Of a stretch of DNA of 64,000 nucleotides, positions 52,216-63,544 are shown one piece after another; the first letter of the stretch is position 1, and every line of letters begins with the position of its first letter. The notes below the pieces were generated by a model. The model saw nothing but the letters and a program-made list of their open reading frames with translations. It searched no databases and was not told where the DNA came from. The DNA is from Anthoceros angustus (lineage: Eukaryota > Plantae > Anthocerotophyta), in contig MU008220.1 of NCBI GenBank assembly GCA_010909165.1, positions 159,764-223,763 of the forward strand, read 5' to 3'. The position numbers were made by a program, and so were the translations under genes.

Positions 52216-55200
52216 TGAAAAGTGAGATAGTAGACCCTCTAGAAAGAAATTCATGTCTTGCGTAAATAGGGAGAAGATATAAGACAATTTATTGACAAAT
52301 AACAAGCTAGGCTAGATAGATCAAAGAAGAAGAAAAAAGGTGGAGGAGGAGGAGAAGAAATGTTTTATAGTTCTATTGTTCTATACTTTATAGAAGTGAA
52401 GTTTAGATTAAATTTGGGTTTATATAACCTCAAACAGAGACAAAAACAAGATTCTAAAAAGTAGTCAAAACTTAAAATTCAATTGAAATATATATGGAAA
52501 GTGGAAAGAACTAAATAGAAAGAGATCCGCCTCATTACAATAGTAGTTGTTGAAATCTATTTCTTCTTTGTCACCCATGGAAATCCACTTAATGTCTATT
52601 TGTGAACTAGCGAGAGAGATACACCTGCGAGAGCTTAGAACCATTCAAGGAAGATATATGATTATATAAAATAATACAAATTCGCAGATTTTGGATAATA
52701 CATGAACTTAGAACTACTTAAGGTCTATATAATAACGGGAGACTTTATAAAGATGCAAAAGAAATATTTTATAGTTCTATATTTTATAGTAGTGAACTTT
52801 AGATTAAAATTGGGTTTATATAGACCCAAACAGGAGAGAAAGGGGTACATAAATAAAAGTGGTCAAAACTTGAAATTCAATTGAAAGACATATGGAAAGT
52901 GAAAAGAATCAAAGAGAAAGAGATCCGCCCTCATTACGATAGTAGTTGTTAAAATCTATTTCTTCTGTGTCACTCCATGGAAATCAACTCAATATCTATT
53001 CTTTCACCAGAAGAGAGAGAGATACACCTATGGACGAAGTTTAGAAGTATTAAAAGAAGATATAGAAAAACTAAATTTTTATTGAGGGCAAAACATTGCT
53101 GGAAAAAGCCCATCCAAAGAAAGGACAACCAAGGGGACCTAAGGATCGAGGTGAAAAGGAGCAACAAAGCTCCCTACCGTAGCTTCCATTGCGCCTACGA
53201 TGTCGTATGCGGAAGAGAAAACGCCCTACAAACTACGGAGGTTGAGGAGGATGCGCCGCCTAATGTCGCCGCTTTGTGGATGACCCGAGAGAGGGCTTGT
53301 TGAAGAGCAATTGAAACTCGTTGTCTAAAGAATGCCGTGAAATAAGTTAGAGAGGGACAGCGCTCCGTGCCTACGGGCATGATAAGCCTTAGCGCAGGAC
53401 TTGAGAAAAGTATCAAAGTCCCGAGCCAGCCATATGTTTCAAGGGTGAGCGGAATGAATTGGTGGCCCGCTTGCATCGCGCTATATTCCCGACTTTGATA
53501 GCCGCCGCTCACGCAGCCCAACCCTCGCATGGTTAGTGATAACCCGCAAGATGGAGTCGCGTGAAGGCTCGATTACCACCACATCCACCATCAAAACCGC
53601 TGTTGCCGCGGGGTACAAGTCACCGATTGACCAAGATGAAGAGTGTACCCCGCTCCCTCCAAAGGCTATGTAGGCACGCAAACGTGATATCACAGATGGT
53701 GTCATGGGTGGAAATGCGATGATCCCATGGGGGTAACGGCAAGGTGTATCCCGAGTCATCAAGGCGAGCCGCATTCGCAAGTAAGGAGAGAGGAAGCCAC
53801 GGCAGTGGAGCACCAAGCGGAAGCGCAGCAGAGAAGGTGGTTGGTGCGATGTGAAAGCCTTGTATACATGGATGAGCTAACCCGCACCTCGCCTCAGAGG
53901 AAGAGCAAAGCGCACTCTCGTGGACTTAATGGAGGGGTCCATGAGGACGGACTAGAAGGCCTTACAAAGTTGCTTCTCGCGGGGATGCTTACAACCCCGG
54001 CCACGGGCAACGGCAACGTGCGGATGAGATAACCAGGCGCCTAGCAAAAGAAGAGAAAAGTATACCAAAGGCCATCCGTGCATCCTCCGGCAGAGAAGTC
54101 CTCGCGATGTGGGAGAGGTCTTCCAGAGCCTCGGACGAGGAACCTCCAAATGAAGTCAAGAGAAGCAAAGGGACTCCCAAAACTGGTCGGGCTAGAGCAA
54201 TATTCTCCCTGCAGAGAATCGCAGTAGGGGTGATCTCGATGAGACCAGACCATACTTGGACAGCTTGACCTTCAAGCCCACCAAAGAAAGCTCATGTGAG
54301 AAGAGCTCAAGGCCTCCTTGACCTTGTCCCTCTAGAGGCTCGAGGATGTGAGAGTCATCTACCGTCAAGGAAGACATAGTCACATGCAGAGGAGGCAGCC
54401 TGGATAGGGCCCTGTGAGTGAGCGATTGCAAAGAGAGCACCTCCCGGAGGGGTCGCCCCACCGACACCTGTGACTCCAAGACAAAGATGGCAAATCCGAT
54501 GGTACGTTCTTGTCGATAGTAGAGATTGGAGGACCTCCGTAGAAGCTCCCGACAAAGGGTATAAGGCTCCCAAGACACCTCCAGTCCTTGAGTTCCTCAA
54601 GATATGACGCCTCTAGAGATAGTATTGAAGGCGTTTCTCCACGTCCACTTGTAAGACCACCCACTGGGTGGATATAGAGGCATGCCATCACTCCAAACAC
54701 CACGGACTCGCAACCCCTGTGAGCTCCAGAAGGATGGCCGTGCATTGCTATTTTTATTGAGGCAAAACATTGTGGAAAAAGCCCATCCAAAGAAAGGACA
54801 ACCAAGGGGACCTAAGGATCGAGGTGAAAAGGAGCAACAAAGCTCCCTAAAGCTTGATTGCGCCGATGTCGTGCGGAAGAGAAAACGCCCTACAAACTAC
54901 GGAGGTTGAGGAGGATGCGCCGCCTAATGTCGCCGCTTTGTGGATGAGCCAGAGAGGGCTTGTTGAAGAGCAATTGAAACTCGTTGTCTAAAGAATGCCG
55001 TGAAATAAGTTAGAGAGGGACCCCACTCCGTGCCTGGGCATGATAAGCCTTAGCGCAGGACTTGAGAAAAGTATCAAAGTCCCGAGCCAGCCCATATGTT
55101 TCAAGGGTGAGCGGAATGAATTGGTGGCCCGCTTGCATCGCGCTATATTCCCGACTTTGATAGCCGCCGCTCACGCAGCCCAACCTGCATGGTTAGTGAT

Positions 55201-58200
55201 AACCCGTGCGATGATGGAGTCGCGTGAAGGCTCGATTACCACCACATCCACCATCAAAACCGGTTGCGCGCGGACGGTACAAGTCACCGATTGACCAAAG
55301 ATGAAGAGTGTACCCCGCCTCCTCCAGCTATGTAGGCACGCAAACGTGATATCACAGATGGTGTCATGGGTGGAAATGCACGATGGGGGGTAACGAGCAA
55401 GGTGTATCCCGAGTCATCAAGGCGAGCCGCATTCGCAAGTAAGGAGAGAGGAAGCCACGCACGGAGCAGGCCAAGGCAGGCGCAGAGAGAAGGTGGTTGG
55501 TGCGATGTGAAAGCCTTGTATACATGGATGAGCCAATAGCTGTGCACTGCGCCCTTCAGAGGAAGAGCAAAGCGCACTCTCGTGGACCTCGGAATGGAGG
55601 TCCATGAGGACGGACTAGAAGGCCTTACAAAGTTGCTTCTCAAGCGGGGATGCTTACAACCCCCCACGGGCAACGTGGATGAGATAACTGCGCCTAGCAA
55701 AAGAAGAGAAAAGTATACCAAAGGCCATCCGTGCATCCTCCGCAAAGAGAAGTCCTCGCGATGTGGGAGAGGTCTTCCAGAGCCTCGGACGAGGAACCTC
55801 CAAATGAAGTCAAGAGAAGGGACTCCCAAAATCCAGTCGGGGCTAGAGCAATATTCTCCCTGCAGAGAATCGCAGTAGGGGTGATCTCAGAGACCGACAC
55901 ATACTTGGACAGCTTGACCTTCAAGCCCACCAAAGAAAGCTCATGTGAGAAGAGCTCAAGGCCTCCTTGACCTTGTCCCTCTAGAGGCTCGAGGATGTGA
56001 GAGTCATCTACCGTCAAGGGAAGACATAGTCACATGCAGAGGAGGCAGCCTGGATAGGGCCCTGTGAGTGAGCGATTGCAAAGAGAGCACCTCCCAGGGT
56101 CGCCCCTACGATACACTGTGGACGACTCCAAGACAAAGATGGCAAATCCCGATGGTACGTTCTTGTCGATAGTAGAGATTGGAGGACCTCCGTAGAAGCT
56201 CGACAAAGGGTATAAGGCTCCCAAGACACCTCCAGTCCTTGAGTTCCTCAAGATATGACGCCTCTAGAGATAGTATTGAAGGCGTTTCTCCACGTCCACT
56301 TGTAAGACCACCCACTGGGTGGATATAGAGGCATGCCATCACTCCAAACACCACGGACCGCAACCCCTGTGAGCTCCTAGAAGGAGGCATTGCTGCATTT
56401 ATTTAAAGCTCGCCTATGTTACCGAAGAGTACAAATGGTGGGAGCAGCCTGTGTTGATTAGGAGGAGATTGGTGTTATAGTGGACAACCATATCGGGCTG
56501 GTTCTCGCCCATGGAAGTGGTTTTCTAGGTTGGAGGTCGATGGCACGGTCGAGCCACTTCGTGTTCTCGATGAGGCTTTCGGAAGCAAAAGATATATGGA
56601 ACTTCCACAACGCCGATATGTATTTGGGGCATATAAAAACTTGTGCATGCAAGAAGAAGAAATGACGCCGCTTGAATGGCGATATTACTTGAGATCAAGA
56701 AAGGAATGTTCCTAGCGCCTTGCACTATAGACACTCATGTGCCATTTTGGATTAAAAAGATCATAGAAGTGAAGTTGGAATCATCGAAATCTCACTTCCT
56801 TGTTCGTTGGTATATGACCGAGCATACAAATGCTTATGAGGGGAGATATGTGGAGGAAATATATAATTCAAGGAAGTGGAACCCAACATGGCTTCAAGCT
56901 AGGGAACAAAGGAGTAAAACCTTCTATCCCAAAAATATTCAAGTCCATGAACGAAACGATAATCCTTTATTATGGATTTGTGTTGAATGCTCAAAGCATT
57001 TACATGTTGTTGACAAGAAAGCGATCGTGATAAGTTGAGTGAATTACGTGGTTCATACAAACCGCCTACTCAAAGTGCAGCTGATCATGAAGATAGTGAT
57101 GAAAATGGTGCTAACGACAAGCCCAGCCACAACGAAGGAGTGAACTCGAGATGAGTAAACTTGCTTGCATGGAGAAGGAATTGGGAGGAGGCAATGGTTG
57201 CCGATACTCGTATAAATGTAGGGATTCACTTCATCCAATTTAAATTATCGTCGCTTGTAGGAGCCTTTGTTATGGTATGTAAGCGGGTGAAAGCTTTTGT
57301 CCATTGCCATCGCTTTGCAATAAAACCATGTTTCCTTATACGTGTTTTTCAACACAACATTTAAATAATGTACGGGTTAGCCGATTAGCTGTCCCAAGAA
57401 TATGGAAAATGTGTTGGCCATAGCCGGACACTTGCCAAGGATGACAAATATATATGCATGTTACCGCAGCCACCCCAACCCTCTTGGATCGGTTGCTTGT
57501 GTTTGTTATGGTGCTTGTGGTACCGTGGGGGCGAATAGGGCAGCGTAAACCTCCGGACAAGACAAAGGCGGCACCTGACGCCCCGCCTCCACTAGCAGCC
57601 CGCCAAGTATACGCTTGCTTAAAACCCAAAGGCGAGATGACCTTAACCCCTTTGAAAACCCTAGACTTCAAAATGTATTTGCAGAAGACTTTGGTTTTGC
57701 GCCTAACCATACTTTCCCACATTTCGAGGCAACCGAGATAAGGGGATTGCTTTCCCGATGGTAAAGGTCAATGGTGGGTCTTACTTTGCCAAATCATATG
57801 GGTAAAGAATTGCGAACACCCTTCTACGGTGTACCCATGTTGAAAAAGTGGGGCAAGGTGAATGGGACACCTTTTTTGTAGTACTTTCACTAAAAGGTGA
57901 TATCCGACGATTTAAGACCCATGTGGTTAACCCCTTTGGCACATGTTTAAGACAAACCTCATCATGTATATTCCCCTTGAAGGTTTACGGTGTTGGGGGC
58001 TCTTGTAGGACCAACAAAAATCTCATGAACTCTAGGTGTAGCTCGTCCACAAACTCCTCCGCCTTGTTGCTCCACATTTTCGTCTTGGCTTGGGGCGGGG
58101 TTGTGCATTTTGAGCCTTCTTTCCGCTGCGCCGAGCCATGGTACCACAACCACAAAGGAGAGAAAGGAGAAGATGGAAAAGAGCAACTCGTTTGGAGCGC

Positions 58201-59120
58201 AAGCTTGGCACTGGCAGACAAATCAAGAGAGCAAAAGAGCTTAAGGTTGCATGGCGATGGTGGAGAGGAGAGGTGCACACAAATAGAAAGATGCCCAAGA
58301 TGAGAATTGAGGGGTCGTTCTTATGCCTCGCATGATGTTGTCCTTGCCACCGTGCCTTAATTGTCGGCCTTTAGGCTGGGCAGACACCACGTCCCCTACC
58401 GAATCGTGGCGAGCGTACGGCCGGGCCACTCTAATCCTTTTGCTTATTATGCAGTATACAAAGTGCCATATCATCCACTTTACTCCATCCTTTCCTCGCA
58501 CTGCAGCTTGCAGGGGCCACTTTGATTCTCAACCACCCAACCACCTTAACAAAAGGTGCAACTCAACGTGACTATTAAGGTGGCTTAGCAAAGTGGCCAA
58601 AGCAACGTGGTCTCTTCTCCGTCTTCCCGACTACCATCCTTCTCCATTTCATCCTCCTGACCTTTGATCCAATCCTCGCTTTTGGGGAATCTTGGCCGGC
58701 AATCCTTATTTTCCCATTCAAATCGCCTCAAAGAAAAGAAAATCACACACAACCGCCTTCCGGTTATTAACATCCAATGCGGTCTCCCACATACGCCTTC
58801 TCATTTGTTGGCATCCTCACCAACCTAGGCATAATACTTCTTCACGCCAACCATTCATCTGAATTGGTAACCACGCTCCATCCTATTGACATAATTGCAC
58901 ATAACCATTTTCAAATACCTCTAGGACGGTATATGATTCCATCCGTAGGTGCAACTTCCCCGAAAATGCATGAATCTGCTATCATACAATAATGCGTGGT
59001 CACCCGGCCACTCTACTGCCTCCGCAACTGCTTGTCATGCATCCTCTTTCTTTGTGTTTGTACCATGCCCATTTGGATCCTAGCTTCCTCCATGGACGTC
59101 AAGGAGGGAGCTTACCTGGC
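52216..59120 (+). repeat. Array unit 5 (partial; ends at the integrase/TAF1 junction)
   Basis: Follows the unit order up to GGAGGGAGCTTAC (59115), then unrelated sequence; LINE duplicated via a restart at ~54750. Confidence 0.9.
53075..56385 (-). mobile_element. CRE-like RT/RLE copies (53075-54730; 54750-56385)
   Basis: Same sequence as 865-2595. Confidence 0.85.
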
Positions 59121-59122
59121 GA

Positions 59123-60859
59123 TGTAACCTTGTCCCGGGACACCGTGAGGTCCACATTTACCCTCAATGTTGTAGTCTTGGGATTCGCTCCCAAGGAATG
59201 ATTTGTGCCAAGAGACGCTAACTTCTATAATTCTTGACCTTTACCTAAGTTAGGACTTTTCCTGCTATCCCTCCCCTCACTTATCTTTTCGTGTACTACT
59301 ACCTCCCAACTTGTCTAACTACCACGGATCTTTTCCACGACCTCAAAACTTATTCCACGAACTCAAAACTTATTCCACGACCTCCGTTCCCGAGCTACTA
59401 CCGCGGTGGCTCTCACCACTACCGGGTAGTTGCTACGACTACCGAGGCGGGTCCCACACCAAACCCTAGCGACTCATCTCTGGCGCACGGCGCCGCGGGT
59501 CCCTGTCACGGACGGCTACCGCTACTCCCAGATCAGGTTTTATTCTGCACCCCACACTCCGTACTCATACACACATCGATTCTTAGGGACCAACGTTCCC
59601 ACAGATCCCTCTCAATACACACACACACAGGCCGCCTTCACACAGTGGAAGGAATGATATTTCCTCTTGTGCTCACCTTCACGAACAGCACCGTTTTGGG
59701 ATCCTCTCTGATCTGCGCAATTTCCACTGTTAGTCGCTTAGTTAGTTCTCCTCCTCAACTTCTCCATACTGCCTTACACCTCGCATCGCGTACAGTGCTC
59801 AGCCACTCTTTCTTCTCCTCCTCGATTCACTTCTTCCACTTTTCTCTTTCTTTCGACACACCCTCAGGCTTTCATCCACACCCACCACATACACTCTTAA
59901 TTTGAACACGGGTAAGGAAGGGTAAGGAGGAAGATTCTAAGGCCACAGCAACGAGCAAGCTCTGCACCCGCCCGCGCCAATCCTCGATTTCCCCTCCCGT
60001 CGTGAGCACTCACTCACCTCCCCTCCGCCTCATGGAGCAAGCTCTCGACCACCCCTAGGAGGCGTCGCACACCCTACCTCTCGATCGGACGTCTCCAACC
60101 AGCCACAGTGGGGATCTCAACGAAATTATCCGCCAGGGGGCACTTCGCCCCTCTTATACATCAGTGCCATGCCCTGATTTTTAGGTCCCAAGATGGCTAT
60201 CATGAAGGGACGCACCCACAATTCGGAGCGATCTTAGGTCCAGCAAGATCCTAACCACATCTATCCTTAGGATGCTATCACCCTATCGCCTACGCTTCTG
60301 CGCGCCTCCTCGACTTGGCACTGGCCTTCCTCCATCGCTTCGCCACGAGCCCTCACCTTCCTGATCAGCGGGTTTTCCCACAATACTTCCACCTCACATC
60401 GCTGCTGGACGCCCTAATTTGAGGTGTACTCGCCTGGAGCTTAGCATCTTCCGCTTGCCGCCTATTGTCGAGGATTATTACGGTTCCTCTCCACCCAAGC
60501 TGACCTCCTCCTCACTTAACTCCTCCAAAGTCGCCTCCGCATAATGAGGCCAACCCCCACACTCGGGCACAAGCAGTGGTAGAAGTATGCACTTGAGTCC
60601 TCACTTGCGTGAGGTAGGCCCCGATCCCTCCTATTTCCACACGCACATGGACGGTGAGGTTAAGCACGTTCCCCATTCACATATAGACCAGAACATAAGT
60701 TTCCTCATCCATGTGCCGCAACATAATAGGACCTCCCTGCAGGCCGAGGTGCTTACCCTCCTCCCGTGGCTACCGGTTGCTTGGCCCATGTCCTCGAGGT
60801 GCCACGTCGCATCCCTGCCGCCTCCGCCTCCCGGCCGCGAGTTGGGCTCGCCAATGCCA
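59123..60859. other. Unique C/T-rich sequence starting with TGTAAC; possibly LTR-retrotransposon-derived
   Basis: Abrupt start with TGT just after the array end; strong pyrimidine skew; no PBS, PPT or second LTR found. Confidence 0.25.
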
Positions 60860-61130
60860 CCCTACTAGAAAAGGCAGCCTATGTTACACTTTATGTTAAG
60901 ATTTGGACCCCTGGATGTAACACTTATGTTGCAATTTTGGGGTCATGTAACACTTTTTGGGCCGCTTGTTACACTTTGGCTTGGAAACCAAACCGGAGTG
61001 TTTGTTGCAACCATGTTGCAAGGAAGTTGCAATTTTGTTGAGATGAAGTGAGAGGCGCTTTTGTCCTCTCTCAAGATTGCAACATTTGCAACATATAAAG
61101 TGTTACAAGAAAAGTCTTGTAACACTTTTG
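60860..61130. mobile_element. CACTA-like transposon terminus with subterminal repeats
   Basis: CCCTACTAGAAAA (60860-60872, one mismatch to CACTACTAGAAAA) followed by about 12 TGTTACA/TGTAACA/TGTTGCA(A) motifs in both orientations, with a sharp composition change at 60860. Confidence 0.6.
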
Positions 61131-61429
61131 GAGGCTTGCACAACCTCCTCCCCATCTACCTTCCTCCTTTACTACATTTACCATATGGAATACTTGGTTT
61201 CCTTATTACCTCATATGAATACATATAAATAAATACATGTACGCATACATGTTTCAGAGACCTTGGTATTGGTGATAAGCCACATAAATTTCGTGACATA
61301 CTATTATATTTCATTTTGTATAAAACATGCTATACGTCCAGTGATAACGTATATAAATTGTACACGCCTGTGATACTATACTTTGTAAACAAAGGTTCAC
61401 AAGTAATATCGGCGGATTCCGTTGAAATG

Positions 61430-61875
61430 GGTCAAAAGGCAAGAAACTTTCCCATCATCATATCCAAAAAGCATGTCCTAAAACCATGTACGTTATTGCG
61501 GGTTTTGAAGAAATTCGGCATCCACTTTTCGACAGGACCGAAAAAGAACGTGGCCAAAAAAATTATCGTCTTTGAATTCATTCCTCCAAAACTTCGTAAA
61601 AGTGTGGGGACCGAATCGTGGATGCGTTTGAACATTTGTCGACAGCCGGTCTTATCATGTGTTGTCCTAAAAAATAAGGTCCATCGAATAGAGACACGGT
61701 TTTGGCGATTTGGAACATAATCGCAAATTGTGTTGTACCGTCATTTTGTGTGCCCATACTCGCACTTGGTTAAGCCGTTTATGTCCATGGGGAACACACA
61801 ACCTATCCACTGAGAAGTGCCGGCCACCGCGATACCTTCCCATACCCAAAGACTAGTAGGAGTCCATGGTCAATC
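61430..61875 (-). pseudogene. Degenerate coding segment, possibly the C-terminal half of a TET/JBP-like 2OG-Fe(II) dioxygenase
   Basis: After several frameshift corrections: L(V)xGMGRYRGG-ALLVDRLCVPMDI..NQVRVW..QH(T)ICDYVPNRQNRVSI (GxYxGG, distal H, RxS); the HxD motif is not recoverable. Confidence 0.25.
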
Positions 61876-61899
61876 GAAAACTAACTAATCAACTCCATG

Positions 61900-63385
61900 A
61901 ACCATGTTCATCAAGTGTTTCAATGTCCTCGCCGATGCAACATCTTCTCGAACGCCATCATCCGCAGTCCCTTCCTTCCATATGTTCCGAGCTTCCTCCG
62001 CACGAGCGCAAAACGTATATGTTTTTCCGTATTATGGTTCGTCCTTGCATTTAGTTGCTTCGCTTTTGTTAGAGAAAACCCGTATGCCAAGATGAATGTG
62101 TCGCAAGAAGCAATTTGTCGACGTGTTTCCGCAACCTCATGCTCCGTCGTTGAGAGCGACCCCCACGACTGCCGCGCTGGGTGATCGTAAAATCATCTCC
62201 TCTAGGTACCGCCTTCAAATGCGCTGCTGCATTTAGTCACCCACCAATGGACTTTAATGAATGGGCGCCATTGGAAGTCCACCAGAGAACTTTTGCGAGC
62301 CGTAATGGTCGATTGTCGATCTCCCCACAAGGCACCGCAATCATGTGACTGCTTTTGTATCTCCAACACATCGCCGCTCAAGCTTTCTTGTTCCCGCCAC
62401 ATCATCCCGCTCCAACATACATGTCTACGGCACTTGCCGAACGATTGATGTCAGAAAATCTCACTGTACAACCAAAGGCGATGCAACTCTTCATTATGTG
62501 TTCTATCGCACTACTGCCAAGGGGTCTTCAATTCCTCAAGATGCTCACATGCTATCTTGTCCACGATGGTCGATTGCTCACCCTGCAATTCCTCCCACCA
62601 AATATCCTCACCGCGCCAAATGGGTCCCGAGTTTTCCTCTAGTTTCCCACGCTTGTCGCAAGACTTCTTCGGATCTCTCCTCTCGCAACCGCTTTTTACT
62701 GGACCTCCAAATGAACCAAACGAGCCTTGAATAGGAGTAGATGGGACATTATTCAAAACTCCAAACCCTCGTCCTGACCAGATTCATGGAATATTGTTTG
62801 CCCCTCATCACAAGAATAAGTCCGCTCCACCTCGCTTTCTCGGGTTATTTTGAACTGATCGAAAGATATATTGTGCAACTGCTTTCACAGAACTGTTTAT
62901 AGCCACCTTACCATAAGGTATTGGCCACACAAACTTTGAAGTCCGGAACTTCTTTCACCTCCATAATTTTTGGTTTGGGCGATATGCATTCTCCAAAATA
63001 CCCTTTTGGGCAACGAAAGCTTCCTTCGCAAGCACGTTGAAAACCTCGAAAACATCCGTCAACTGGTCATGAGTGTGCCCAACCAGGAGGAATCCTACTT
63101 TTACCTTCTCAAAACCTTAAGCTCTACCAACATATTCGTGTTAATAGCGGCATTCTTATTCTCCCGCAAGATTGTCGAGTTGAAGATAAAGAACCTTTGG
63201 TAGTAGTCCTCGTAATTTGAAATGACATCGGATATTGGCTATAGTCGTTTGCATCGGATGTTCCGTATGCCATGAGTTCACATGGTGTGTAGTCGTTGTC
63301 TTGAATGTGGGACTTGGACTAGAGCTTAGCCCCAACCACCCCATTAATAAGATTCATCTCCAATCCATGGAAAAACGCATCATAA
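61900..63385 (-). mobile_element. Frameshifted DDE-type DNA transposase (LDN..ENKN / GHTH type, Sola1/DUF7869-like as recalled)
   Basis: LPKVLYLQLDN..ENKN..KVFEKVKVGFLLVGHTHDQ.D.MFSRFSTCLR..EVKEVPDFK..LHNISF.QFKI..; C-terminal DMYVG..MIAVPC..IKVHWW..ILAYGFSL. Confidence 0.78.
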
Positions 63386-63544
63386 AGGGGAAAAATAAGG
63401 CATTTAAGAGAAAAATAATATTTGTAAAAATAAATATATTAAGTATTGGATAAATTTATTACTTGTATTTATAAAATCTAAATTAAGAGCTATAATTTTT
63501 TTCAACTAGAATATACATTAATCTATCTAAAATCTAGTTCTTTT

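Larger units (their letters stand above)
1..59120 (+). repeat. Large head-to-tail tandem array of a ~10.6-kb composite unit (about 5 copies in window, open at left edge)
   Basis: Anchor TGAAAAGTGAGATAGTAGACCCTCTAGAAAG recurs at 1, 9447, 27111, 39415 and 52216, with the same order of sub-blocks and near-identical AT-rich segments; similarity stops at ~59115-59120. Confidence 0.95.

Noticed and set aside
756-59000. The many 60-200-aa ORFs in the track as real small genes
   Set aside because: They are off-frame or antisense readings of frameshifted TE and gene fragments, and their ends differ between copies.
59461-59468. AAACCCTA telomere seed or telo-box
   Set aside because: Single occurrence with no array and no associated gene.
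59291-59905. 204-aa plus-strand ORF
   Set aside because: Low-complexity S/H/P/T-rich translation explained by the C/T skew; no recognisable motif.
59123-60859. Complete LTR or solo LTR
   Set aside because: Only a TG start is visible; no convincing CA end with TSD, PBS or PPT was found.
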